DNA of 64,000 nucleotides, from positions 352,001 through 416,000 of the forward strand of contig CAVXJS010000014.1 of assembly GCA_963762145.1 (NCBI GenBank). The letters run 5' to 3'. Within the stretch, counting starts at the first letter, position 1; the number at the start of each line of letters is the position of its first letter. The position numbers were made by a program, and so were the translations under genes. The DNA comes from an uncultured Candidatus Rokubacteria bacterium (GTDB lineage Bacteria > Methylomirabilota > Methylomirabilia > Rokubacteriales > CSP1-6). Shown here piece after piece: positions 19,151 to 29,500 of the stretch. The notes beneath the pieces are model-generated. The model searched no databases and had not been told where the DNA came from. It worked only from the letters and a program-made list of their open reading frames with translations.

Positions 19151-19677
19151 GCGTCGGGTGACGCGCCTTCCGGACGACCTCGACCGCCAGGTCCGCCTTC
19201 TTCATGACCTCGTCCTCGCGGATGCCGCCCAGCGGATGGGGGATCAGGGCCAGGGGCAGCTCGGCGAGCCCGCGGTTCTTGGCCTCGAGCCTGGCGAGCT
19301 GCTCGAACTCATACGTCCCCATGACCACCGTCGGGATCCCCCGCTGCTCCAGCACGATTGCGCCGTGGATACTCCACGACGTGCACGACCCTCAGTCGGC
19401 GCTGCCGACCAGGACGAAGTCGCACGTCGTGAGCGCGGCGAGGATATCCGGGTTGGGCGCGCCCGCGATGCCCTTCTCGCGCTTGACGACGTCGCGGACG
19501 CCGTAGCTCTCCTTGAGGCGCTGCGACCACCGCCAGCATCAAGGTGCCCGCGTTGGCCTTGCTGTTGTCGAGGATGCCCGCCCGCTTGCCCTCGAGGCTC
19601 GCCAGGCGCGGGGCCAGGCCGGAGGCCAGGATGCGCGGCTCGGCGGTGGGGTCGTAGAGAATCTGCTCGTCGCTCAT
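19147..19677 (-). CDS. UGSC-family probable selenoprotein (one frameshift near 19530; 3' end approximate)
   Basis: MSDEQILYDPT...LASLEGKRAGILDNSKANA...CDFVLVGSAD-TGA-GSCTSWSIHGAIVLEQRGIPTV...IPHPLGG; in-frame TGA at 19392-19394. Confidence 0.82.
19361..19381 (-). promoter_or_regulatory. Candidate bacterial SECIS hairpin for the UGSC gene
   Basis: mRNA CGUCGUGGA-GUA-UCCACGGCG, a 9-bp stem with one G-U pair, loop at +20..+22 after the UGA. Confidence 0.65.
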
Positions 19678-20175
19678 CGGTTGATCTCCTTCCGCTCGCG
19701 TAGCAGCGTCAGCATCCGGTCCACGCCCAGCTCGAGGCACCGCTTGATCTCGTCCTTCGTGGCGCGGTAGCGGTCCTCGCCCTGGCCGAACGGGTCGTCC
19801 ACGTCGCCGCCCTCGCCGGCCAGTTCGTGGAGCGTGAGGATCGGGCGGCCCTGCGCCTCCTCGTAGGCGCCGATCATGGCCTTCTGCTGCGCGGTCATGG
19901 TCACGATCAGGTCGGCCGCGGCCACGATCGTCGCGGTGGCGGCGCAGGTCGGTCGAGGCGAAGGCGTTCTCGGCGAGGTGGATGTCGTCCTCGCGCAGCA
20001 CGATGCGCGCGTCGAGCGAGGGGATCATGCCGTCGCGCGCATGGTTGGCGACACCGCCCGAGCTCACGCGGACGTTCCCATTCACCCCGCGCGCATCGAG
20101 CATCTTCTCCAGGAGGACGTGGGCCATGACGCTTCGGCAGGTGTTGGCGTGACAGACGAGCAGGACGTTGGTCAA
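19674..20175 (-). CDS. Low-molecular-weight phosphotyrosine phosphatase/ArsC-fold protein (frameshift near 19935)
   Basis: P-loop VCHANTCRS (CX5R); ADLIVTM and DVDDPF lie in the second frame (19674..19925). Confidence 0.85.
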
Positions 20176-20418
20176 CGCGACTCCTATGGAGGCTGTTGTA
20201 AGGTGATGCGGCGGTGCCAGTCTAGCAACAAGGCGGGCCGACAGGAAGATGTGGCGGATGGCCCGAGGGCGGGTGTAAGGTCACCCCGCCTGGCCGTCCT
20301 TTCGCTCGATCCCCCTAGACGCGCGGTCAGACGGGAGTGTCTTGGTGGAGCGGTCGATCGACCTCAGTACCGCGGTGCGCGCCACCGAGATCTTGCGCGT
20401 TGCGGGAGTCCTTCGGCC

Positions 20419-20592
20419 ATGCTGAGCGGACTCATCCTGGTCGGGGCCCTCCAGGGCTGCTCGGTGTCGCCGGCCCAGCAGGAGGCCATCCGCCAGGCGT
20501 GGCAGGAGAAGGACGCGGAGCGGGCCGCGGAGTGCCGCCGGGCGGCCCGTGGGTTCGTGGCCGGAGGCTGCACCGGTGGCGGCGGGCCGTGA
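20419..20592 (+). CDS. Small putative lipoprotein (start uncertain)
   Basis: LILVGALQGC lipobox-like, AEC...GGC; stop overlaps the GTG of the next gene. Confidence 0.5.
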   Translation: MLSGLILVGALQGCSVSPAQQEAIRQAWQEKDAERAAECRRAARGFVAGGCTGGGGP

Positions 20593-20957
20593 AGACCCTC
20601 ATCGTGGCTGACGATGACCGGGACTACTGTTATTTCGTTGGCGTCCTGCTCGTGCCGTTGGCCGATACCGTGACCATCGTGGGGGAGGCGGGGAGCGGCG
20701 AAGAGGCCCTGGCTCTCGTCTTGCGCAAGAAACCCGACATCGTCGTGGCCGACTTGCTCATGCCTCGCGTCAACGGGATCGAGCTGACGAGGCGCATCAA
20801 GCGAGAGCTGCCGGACACGAAGATCATCCTGATGAGCGCCTACCCCACCGAAGCCAACAAGCGCCTGGCTCTCGTTGGCGGCGCGGACGGCTTCCTGGAC
20901 AAGACGGCACTCGCCAGCGAACTACTCCCGGCGATCCGGGATATCGCGACCGGCTAA
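20589..20957 (+). CDS. Stand-alone response-regulator receiver domain
   Basis: IVADDD, PDIVVADLLMP and GADGFLDK; no output domain. Confidence 0.85.
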   Translation: MKTLIVADDDRDYCYFVGVLLVPLADTVTIVGEAGSGEEALALVLRKKPDIVVADLLMPRVNGIELTRRIKRELPDTKIILMSAYPTEANKRLALVGGADGFLDKTALASELLPAIRDIATG

Positions 20958-21949
20958 CGCGCCTCCCAGGGCGACTGCCAGTACCGCACGCCCTTGCCGA
21001 GATCCTTCCACTCCTGCTTCGGCCGCTCGGCGAGGCTCTTGCCGAAGTTGGTGCCCGGCGGCTCGTGGAGGCCCTTGCCGAGCGTGTCCGGGAAGAGCTT
21101 GGCCAGCTCCTCGGGCTCGAGCTTCCGGTCCGCCTCGATGCGGCGGATTGGCTCGGGCAGCGCCATCAGGGTGTAGCCGTAGCCGAACGAGTGGAAGACT
21201 TGCCCGTTGACGTGGCCGGCGCCCTCGCTGGCCAGGTAGACCACGAGCGGCGCCACGTTGTCGGGATCGCGCTCGGTGCCGATGGCCTGCTCGCTCGGCC
21301 ACTTGCCGGTCTGCTCGAAGACCTGCCGGCCGCGAGGGGTGGAATCGATCATCCGGGTCGCCCCGCTTGGCATGATCGCGTTCGAGGTCACGTTGTACTT
21401 GGCCATGCCGTTGGCGGTGGACCAGGAGAGTCCGATGATGCCGGCCTTGGCCGCCCCGTAGTTGGGCTGGCCCGGCGAGCCGAGCGCGGAGACCGACGAC
21501 ATCGAGATGATGCGCCCGTACTTCTGCTCGCGCATGTGGGGGGCGGCGGCCCGGGTGCAGAAGTAGGTGCCGTCCAGATGCACCGCGAGGACCGCGTCCC
21601 ACTCCTCCTTCGCCATGTTGAAGATCATCCGGTCGCGCAGGATGCCGGCCACGTTGACCAGGATGTCGATGCGGCCGTAGGTCTTGACCACCTGCTCGAC
21701 CATCTCGTTGGCCGCCTTGTGATCGGCCACCGAGCCGTAGTTGGCCGACGCGGCGCCGCCGTCCTTGACGATCTCGTCCACCACCTGCTGGGCCGGACCG
21801 GTGCCGACCCCCTCGCCGTCGAGCCCGGCGCCCAGGTCGTTCACCACCACCTTGGCGCCGGCCTTGGCCAGCGCGATCGCGATGCCGCGGCCGATGCCGC
21901 GCCCCGCGCCCGTCACGAGCGCGGCCCTGCCCTCGAGGAGCTTGGCCAT
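20954..21949 (-). CDS. Short-chain dehydrogenase/reductase (3-hydroxyacyl-CoA DH/MFE-2-like)
   Basis: TGAGRGIG, VVVNDLG, AGILRDRM and YGAAK motifs; ATG 21949. Confidence 0.92.
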   Translation of the reverse strand: MAKLLEGRAALVTGAGRGIGRGIAIALAKAGAKVVVNDLGAGLDGEGVGTGPAQQVVDEIVKDGGAASANYGSVADHKAANEMVEQVVKTYGRIDILVNVAGILRDRMIFNMAKEEWDAVLAVHLDGTYFCTRAAAPHMREQKYGRIISMSSVSALGSPGQPNYGAAKAGIIGLSWSTANGMAKYNVTSNAIMPSGATRMIDSTPRGRQVFEQTGKWPSEQAIGTERDPDNVAPLVVYLASEGAGHVNGQVFHSFGYGYTLMALPEPIRRIEADRKLEPEELAKLFPDTLGKGLHEPPGTNFGKSLAERPKQEWKDLGKGVRYWQSPWEAR

Positions 21950-21963
21950 GTCCGGGCCTCCGG

Positions 21964-23681
21964 TTACGCGGTCGCCCGCGCGAGCGGGCCGCGCAGGAGC
22001 CGTCCGGGATGCGCGCCGGTGTGCTTGCCGTCGCGCAGCAGGATCTCGCCGTTGACCACGGTGGCCGCGATGCCGCGGGTGCGCTGGATCAGCCGCTTGG
22101 CCCCCGCGGGCAGGTCCCGCACCACCTCGGGCAGCTCGGCCGCGATGGTGTCGGGGTCGAAGACCACGAAGTCGGCGGCCATGCCCTCGCGGATCAGGCC
22201 GCGGTCGGTGAAGCCCCAGTAGCTGGCGGGCACGAACGACAGCATGCGCACCGCCTGCTCGAGGGTGAGCGCCTGCTTGGTGCGCACCCAGTGGCTCAGC
22301 AGGTAGGTCTGGAGCGAGGAGTCCATGAGCTGGGAGACGTGGGCGCCCGAGTCGGAGAAGGTCACGACCGCCTGCGGGTGCTTGATCAGCTCGATCGCGT
22401 GCTCCTGGTTCTCGTTCGCGATCGGATTGAAGAAGAAGCGGTCCATGTCCTTCTCGAGGGCGAGGTCGATCATCGCCTCGACCGGGTCCACGCCGCGCTC
22501 GCGCGCGATCTCGGCCACCGACCGGTGCGGCGGATCCACCTGATCCATCACGAAGAGCCAGTCGTAGGCGGCCTGCCGCGCCTCGGTGCCGAGCGCCTTG
22601 CGGGTGTCCGCGCTCGCGCGCGGCCTCGACCAGCTTCTTGCGCAGCTCGGGATCGCGCAGGCGCGTCTGCTGCTCGGCGAGCGGCAGCGCGCGCAGCTCC
22701 TTCCACACCGGCAGCCGGTCGAACGGGAGCTGGGTCTTGAACGAGAGGACCACGCTGAGGGCCCGGCTGTGCACCTGGGCGAACATCCGCCCGCCCGCCG
22801 CGTTGGTCTCCTCGATCAGCTTCACGTAGTGGCGCCACATGTCGGGCGCGTCCTTGCGGGTGAAGAGGCCGAAGGTGATCGGCCGGCCGGTCGCGACCGC
22901 GAGGGCCTTGAGCCGCTTGTGGTAGTCGGGCAGGTCCGGGTGATCCACCTTGCGATCCACGCCCTCGCCCGCGAGCTCGAAGATGCCCGCGTTCAGCTCG
23001 CCCATCGCGCCGACCAGCCGCTGCACCTCGCTCCAGCGCGGCCATGCGGCTCGCCACCGGCTTGGAGTCGGGCGTCTCGTGGCTGGGCGACCGCGACGTC
23101 GTGAAGCCGATGGCGCCGGCCATCAGCGCGTTGCGCAGCTCGCGCTCCATCGCGGCCAGGTCGTCCTCGCTCGCGGGCCCGTCGAACGCGCGCTCGCCCA
23201 TCACGTAGGTGCGCAGCGCGGAGTGGCCGATGTAGCCCGAGTAGTTGATGCCCTTGGGCAGCGAGTCGAGCGTGTCGAGGAACTCGGGGAAGGTCGTCCA
23301 GCGCCAGTCGATGCCGGCCTCCATGGCCTCGCCCGCGATGTCCTCCGCGCGCTCGAGGTTGCGGATGACGAGGTGCCGGTCTTTCTTGGCGCAGGGCGCG
23401 AGCGTGAAGCCGCAGTTGCCCATGACCACGCTGGTGATGCCGTGCCAGCAGGACGAGGTGCCGAGCGGGTCCCAGAAGACCTGCGCGTCCATGTGGGTGT
23501 GCCCGTCCACGAATCCCGGCGCGACGACTCTGCCCTCCGCGTCGATGACTTCCTTGGCGCTTTCGCGGAGTCGACCGATGGCGACGATCTTGCCGTCCTT
23601 CACGCCCACGTCTCCGCGGTACCGCGGCAGGCCGGATCCGTCCACCACCCATCCGTTCTTGATCAGCAGGTCGTAGGCCAT
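21964..23681 (-). CDS. N-acyl-D-amino-acid deacylase-like amidohydrolase (frameshifts near 23035 and 22610)
   Basis: MAYDLLIKNG, PGFVDGHTHMD, GNCGF, SDSGAH and DRGLIREGMAADFVVFDP across three frames. Confidence 0.85.
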
Positions 23682-23805
23682 CGCGCTGGCTCCTCTCACA
23701 CCCCACCCCGGGGGTCCTTCTGGAAAGCGGCCCCATGGTACCCTGACCTGCCGGTCCCGCCACCAGACGGGGGGAAGCCGGCCCCCGCGGGCCCCGGGAG
23801 GGCAC

Positions 23806-24826
23806 ATGGACCTGGGCATCTTCGATCACCTCGACCGGCGGGACATGCCGGTGGCCGAGTTCTACGAGCACCGGCTGCGGCTGCTCGAGAAGTACGACGC
23901 GGCGGGCTTCTACTCCTACCACCTGGCCGAGCACCACGCGACGCCGCTCGGGCTGGCGCCCATGCCGGGCATCTTCCTGGCCGCGGCCACCCAGCGCACG
24001 CGGCGCATCCGCCTCGGGCCCTGCGTCTACTGCCTGCCGCTCTACAACCCGCTGCGATTGATCGAGGAGGTCTGCATGCTCGACCATCTCTCGCGGGGCC
24101 GGTTCGACTTCGGGGTGGGCCGCGGCATCGTGCCCGTACGAGATGGCGTACTTCGATCTCCACCATCTCGAGACCGAGGACATCTACCGGGAGACGCTCG
24201 AGATCGTCCTGCAGGGCCTGACGACCGACGTGCTCGACCATCGCGGGCCGAAGTACACGTTCAGAAAGGTGCCCGATGATCCTGAGGCCGCTCCAGCAGC
24301 CGCACCCGCCGCTCTGGTACGGGCTCGGCCACGCGGCGGGCGCCGAGTGGGCGGCCACCAACCGCGTCAACGTGATCACGAACTGGGGGCCGAGATGTCG
24401 GCGCCGCTCTTCGACGCGCTACCGCGAGGTGTGGCAGCGCAAGCACGGCGATGCCGCGATGCCGAGGCTCGGCATGGGCCGCCACGTGGTGGTCGCTCCC
24501 ACCGAGGACGCGGCCAGGCGCTCGGCCGCGCCAACTACGCGGTCTGGTACGCCAACCTCACCAAGCTCTGGCGCGACTTCGGCGCGGTCCCGTATTCGCT
24601 TCGCGCCCGACTTCGACGAGGCCGGCGCGCGCGGCGTGGCCATCGCGGGTACCCCGGCCCAGGTGCGCGCGGAGATCGAGCGGCAGGTCGACGGCGAGCG
24701 GCTGCAGCTACATGACCTGCCGGCTGATGTTCGGCGAGATGACCGAGGCGGAGGCGGCGCGCCAACGTCGACCTGTTCGTCGCCGAGGTCATGCCGTCCG
24801 TCACCGCGCTGGCCGTGCCGGCCTGA
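23806..24826 (+). CDS. Luciferase-like (LLM) flavin-dependent oxidoreductase (several frameshifts)
   Basis: AEHH, LPLYNPLRLIEE, DHLSRGRFDFGVGRG, PLQQPHPPLW and LFVAEVMP in shifting frames. Confidence 0.8.
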
Positions 24827-24830
24827 CGCG

Positions 24831-25598
24831 GTGAGACTCCAGGGGCGCACCGCCTTCGTCACCGGGGCGAGCCGCAACATCGGGCGCGCCATCGCGCTGG
24901 CCTTCGCGGCCGAGGGCGCGGATCTCGTGCTCAACACCCGCTCCAACCGCGACGAGCTGGAGGCGGTGGCGGAGGAGTGCCGCCAGCGCGGGGTGCGCGC
25001 CGCGGCGGTGCTCGGCGACATCGGCGATCCCGACGCGGTCGAGAGCATGGTCAAGAACGGGCTCGCGGTGTTCGGGGCGATCGACGTGCTGGTGTGCAAC
25101 GCGGCCATCCGGCCGCACAAGGCGGTCACCGAGACCTCGCTGGAGGACTGGCACCGCGTGTTCGCGGTGAACCTGCACTCCGCCTTCTACCTGGCGCGCG
25201 CGGTCGTCCCCGGCATGAAGGAGCGCGGGCGGGGGAGCATCATCGCGCTCGGCGGACAGTCGAGCATCACCGGGCGGCCGGGCACCGCCGCGGTCACCGC
25301 GGCCAAGACCGGATTGCTGGGTCTGGTGCGCGCGCTGGCCGCGGAGCTCGGGCCCTCGGGCATCCGCGTCAACATGGTGGTGCCGGGGACCATCGACACC
25401 GAGCGCCGTTACGCCGAGTGGTACCCTGAGTTCCGCCAGGCGCCGCCGGGCGGGGCGGAGCAGCTCAAGCGCATCCCGCTAGGCCGGCTGGGCCGCCCGG
25501 AGGAGATCGCGGAGGCGTGCCTGTTCCTGGCATCCGACGCCTCCGCGTACGTCACGGGCGACACGATCCGCGTCATGGGCGGCAGCTTCATCGGTTGA
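24831..25598 (+). CDS. Short-chain dehydrogenase/reductase, atypical catalytic motif
   Basis: TGASRNIG, CNAA, IPLGRLGRPEEIA; YxxxK appears as VTAAK. Confidence 0.88.
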   Translation: MRLQGRTAFVTGASRNIGRAIALAFAAEGADLVLNTRSNRDELEAVAEECRQRGVRAAAVLGDIGDPDAVESMVKNGLAVFGAIDVLVCNAAIRPHKAVTETSLEDWHRVFAVNLHSAFYLARAVVPGMKERGRGSIIALGGQSSITGRPGTAAVTAAKTGLLGLVRALAAELGPSGIRVNMVVPGTIDTERRYAEWYPEFRQAPPGGAEQLKRIPLGRLGRPEEIAEACLFLASDASAYVTGDTIRVMGGSFIG

Positions 25599-25640
25599 CG
25601 GCAGAAGTGGGGTTGACGGCAGAAGTGGGGTTGACCGCAG
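25593..25640 (+). repeat. 18-bp tandem repeat (~2.6 copies)
   Basis: GGTTGACGGCAGAAGTGG x2 plus partial GGTTGACCGCAG, starting in the SDR stop codon region. Confidence 0.85.
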
Positions 25641-25665
25641 CGCTGGAGATAGAGAGGAGAACAAC

Positions 25666-26043
25666 GTGGCCGCACAGGCGATGGTGCTCGAGTTCGGGAT
25701 GGGCGTGGACGTGCACGGAGACGAGGGGACGAAGGCCGCGTGCCGCGCGGTGTCGGACGCGATCCGGCACTCGAGCCTGCCGCTCTTCACCGAGGTGCGC
25801 GCCAAGGGCGGGCGCATGCTGGTGGACGTGACGGTCGGCGTACCCGATCCCGGCAAGGTGGACGTGGAGCGGGTCAAGAAGGAGCTGCCCCACGGCGAGG
25901 TGACGGTGCGCCCGGTGCAGGGCGGCCTGCGCGTGCCCAACGCGGACACCATCATCGCGTGCGCCGCGATCACGGTGAGCGTGGAGTACCCCGCGATGAG
26001 CGCCCGGGAACCGGGCGCATCCCCGGTGGAGGTCGCGGCATGA
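25666..26043 (+). CDS. Lin0512-family protein
   Basis: LEFGMGVDVHG..TKAACRAVSDAIRHSSL, LPHG and GGL motifs. Confidence 0.85.
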   Translation: MAAQAMVLEFGMGVDVHGDEGTKAACRAVSDAIRHSSLPLFTEVRAKGGRMLVDVTVGVPDPGKVDVERVKKELPHGEVTVRPVQGGLRVPNADTIIACAAITVSVEYPAMSAREPGASPVEVAA

Positions 26044-26525
26044 CCGGGATCGGTCTCAAGCGGCTGCAGCACCTCGTGCTCTGGGTGTCCGACGTGGACC
26101 GGAGCGTGCGCTTCTACTGCGACGTGCTGGGCTTCGAGGTGAAGGCGCGCTACCCGAACGCGGCCTTCCTGCGCATCGCGGGGAGCAGCGAGGATCACCA
26201 CCTGGGCCTCTTCGAGCAGCCCGGGGTCACCGGCCCCGACGAGGGCGCGGTGCGCATGTACCACTCGGCGTGGGAAGTCGGTGAGCTCACCGATCTGGTG
26301 CGCGCGCGGCGCCGGCTCATCGAGGCGCGCTCGCTGGTGGGCTCCTCGGACCACGGCGTGAGCCTGTCGCTCTACGCCAAGGATCCCGACGGCCTCGAGT
26401 TCGAGGTGTTCTGGACCGTGCCCGGCGGCCGCCCGGTGGGCACGCGCGCGCTCGACCTGGAAGGGGAGCTGGCCCGCCGGGGCATCCCGATGCCCCAGGA
26501 GATCGACGTCGCCCCGTCCACATGA
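26040..26525 (+). CDS. VOC/glyoxalase family protein
   Basis: HLVLWVSDVDRSVRFY, HSAW and SLYAKDPDGLEFE. Confidence 0.9.
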   Translation: MTGIGLKRLQHLVLWVSDVDRSVRFYCDVLGFEVKARYPNAAFLRIAGSSEDHHLGLFEQPGVTGPDEGAVRMYHSAWEVGELTDLVRARRRLIEARSLVGSSDHGVSLSLYAKDPDGLEFEVFWTVPGGRPVGTRALDLEGELARRGIPMPQEIDVAPST

Positions 26526-29500
26526 CGTGTAGCGGCTGCGGCTTCGAGGCTCCCGCCGACTTCGCGTTCTGTCCGAAGTGCGGAGGCAGGCTGGCCGCTG
26601 CGCCGGCAGCGCCGCCACCGCCTCCGCCCCCGCCGACCCCCGCGCCCGACAGCGACCGCCGCCCGGTCACCGTGCTCTTCGCGGATTTGGTCGGCTTCAC
26701 CGCGCTCAGCGAGGGGCTCGACGCCGAGGACGTGCGCGCGATCCAGGCCGACCTCTTCCGCGAGATGTCCGCGTCGATCGAGCGCTACGAAGGCTTCGTC
26801 GAGAAGTTCGTGGGCGACGCGGTCATGGCCGTGTTCGGCGCCCCGATCGCGCACGAGGACGATCCCGAGCGCGGCCTGCGCGCCGCGCTTCTGATGCGCG
26901 AGCGGGTGGGCGCGCTCAATCTCCGCTGGGAGCGGCGGCTCGGGCGACCCCTCGCGCTCCACATCGGCGTCAACACCGGCCCGGTGGTGGCGGGCCGGAT
27001 CGGCGCGACCGCCGACGCCGCCTACGCGGTGACCGGCGATACCGTCAACACCGCCTCTCGCCTGCAGAGCGCGGCGCCCTCGGGCGAGATCCTGATCGGC
27101 GACACGACGTATCAGCTCACCCATCACGCCTTCGCGTTCGCCCCGCGCGAGGAGATTCCCCTCAAGGGCAAGAGCGAGCCGGTCGGGGTCCATCGCGTAC
27201 TGGGCCCGCTCGCGGCCCCGCGTTCGGCCCGCGGGCTCGAGGCCCTCGGGCTGGCCGCGCCGCTCGTGGGGCGCGAGCGCGAGCTGCGCCGGATGGACGC
27301 GGCCTTCGACGACATGCGGGCCGGCCGTGCCCAGGTGCTGAGCCTCATCGGCGAGCCGGGGGCGGGGAAATCGCGGCTACAGCGGGAGTTCTTCGCGCGC
27401 CTCCAGGGGGCCGGGCACCTCGAGGGCACCACGATCCGCCGCGCGGCGTGCTCCGCCCTGGGCGAGCAGACCTACGGAGCGGTGGCCGCGCTCCTGCGCG
27501 ACGCCTACGGGGTGGAGCACGGTGATTCCGTCGACGTCACGCGGAGCAAGCTCGCGGCGGGCCTGGAGACGCTCGGGGTCGACGCGGAGGAGCGGGCCGC
27601 GATGGTGGCCGCGCTCGCCCGGGTGTTCGGGCTCGAGCAGGACGACGCGCGCATCCGCCATCTGGAGCCCGAGCAGCTCAAGCGCCAGATCTTCATGGCC
27701 ACCTACGTGCTCGTGGAGCGGAGGCTGGCCACCGGTCCGCTGGTGCTGGTCGTCGAGGATCTGCACTGGGCCGACGCCGCCTCCATCGAGCTGATCGGTG
27801 CGGTCGCGGACCGGCTCGCCGATCGTCCGCTCCTGGTCCTCCTGATGTATCGGCCCACGCTCGAGCCGGATGCGCTCGGCACGAGCCGGACCCCGCACAC
27901 CGCGATCGAGGTCACGCCGCTGTCGCGGTCCGGGAGCGAGGACCTCCTGGCCGCGTGGTTCGGGGACTCGACGCACCTCTTCCCGGAACACCTGCGCGCC
28001 CAGATCCTGGAGCGGGCCGGCGGCAACCCGCTGTATCTCGAGGAGGTGGTGCGCGCGCTGCTCGTGGCGGGGGTGCTGGTCCGCGACGGCGAGGCGTGGC
28101 GCTGCACCGCCGAGGCCTCGACCGCGCAGGTGCCCGCCACCCTGCACGGGCTGCTGCTCGCGCGCCTGGACCGGCTCGACGCCGTGGAGCGACGGGTCAT
28201 CCAGGAAGCGGCGGTGATCGGACCCCACTTCGAGGTGTCCCTGCTGCGGGCGGCCTCGGCGGAGCCCGCCGCGGTGGACGCGGCGCTCGCCGCGCTCGCC
28301 GGCGCCGACCTGGTGACGCCGGGGCCGGATCACCAGTTCCTCCACGGCCTCCTCCAGGAGATCGTGTACCAGAACATCCTCGTGGCCCGTCGCACCGAGC
28401 TGCACACGCGCGTGGGGACGGCCCTCGAGGCCCAGGGCGCGGAGAATCCGGAGAGTCTCGAGCGACTGGTGGTCCTCGGCCACCACTGGTCGCTCGGCGC
28501 CGACAAGCGTCGGGGCGCGCGTTACCTGATGTCGGCGGGTGACTGGGCGCGCGGCATGTACGCCAACGCGGACGCGATCCTGCACTATCAGCGGGCCCTC
28601 GACGCGCTCGAGCGCGCCGACGCGCCGGCCGGGGCGGCGCAGATCGAGGCGGAGCGCCTCGTGGCCCGGGAGCGGATGGCCGACCTGCTCGGCCCGACCG
28701 GACGCCGGACGTCCGCGCTCGGCGAGTACGAGATCGTCGAGGCCGGATACCGCGCGGCGGGGGACGCGGCGGCCGAGGCGAGGATCCTTCGCAAGATGGG
28801 GGGCCTCCACTGGGACGCCGGCGCGCGAGCACGGGCGCTCCAGTGCTTCGAGGCCGGGCTCGCCCTGCTCGGTGACCATCGCGAGCACATCGAGCAGGCG
28901 CATCTCTACCAGGAGATGGGCCGGCAGGCCTTCCGCAGCGGCGACAGCCAGCGCGCCCTCGAGTGGGCGGAGCAGGCCCGGCTCCACGCCGAGCGGCTCG
29001 CCGCCGACCCCGCGCTCGACGCGGACGGGCGCGTGGAGGCGGTGACCGCCGCCGCGCAGAGCCACAATACCCTCGGCGTGGCCTGCGCCCGGCTGGGCCG
29101 GCTGGAGGAGGCGGTCGCGCACATCGAGCGCAGCGTGGCCCTCGCCCGGGAGACCGGGCTGCTGCAGGCCGCCTGTCGCGGGCTCGCGAACCTGAGCGTG
29201 CTCTACAGCACGCTCGATCCGGCGCGGGCGATCGAGACCTGTGCCGCCGGCCTCGAGATGGCCAAGAAGATCGGCGACCTCGGGTTCCAGTCGCGTCTCT
29301 ACACGAACCTCGCGGTGGCCTATTGCGCGCTCACCAACCGATGCGACGAGCAGGGCGTCGGCGCCGCGCACACCGCGATCGACCTCGACCGGCGCCTCGG
29401 GCAGCTCGATCACCTCGCGGTGCCGCTGATCGTGCTCGGGCAGATCTACCAGTGCCACGGGGATCCGACCCGCGCGATCGCGCACTACCGGGAAGCGCTC

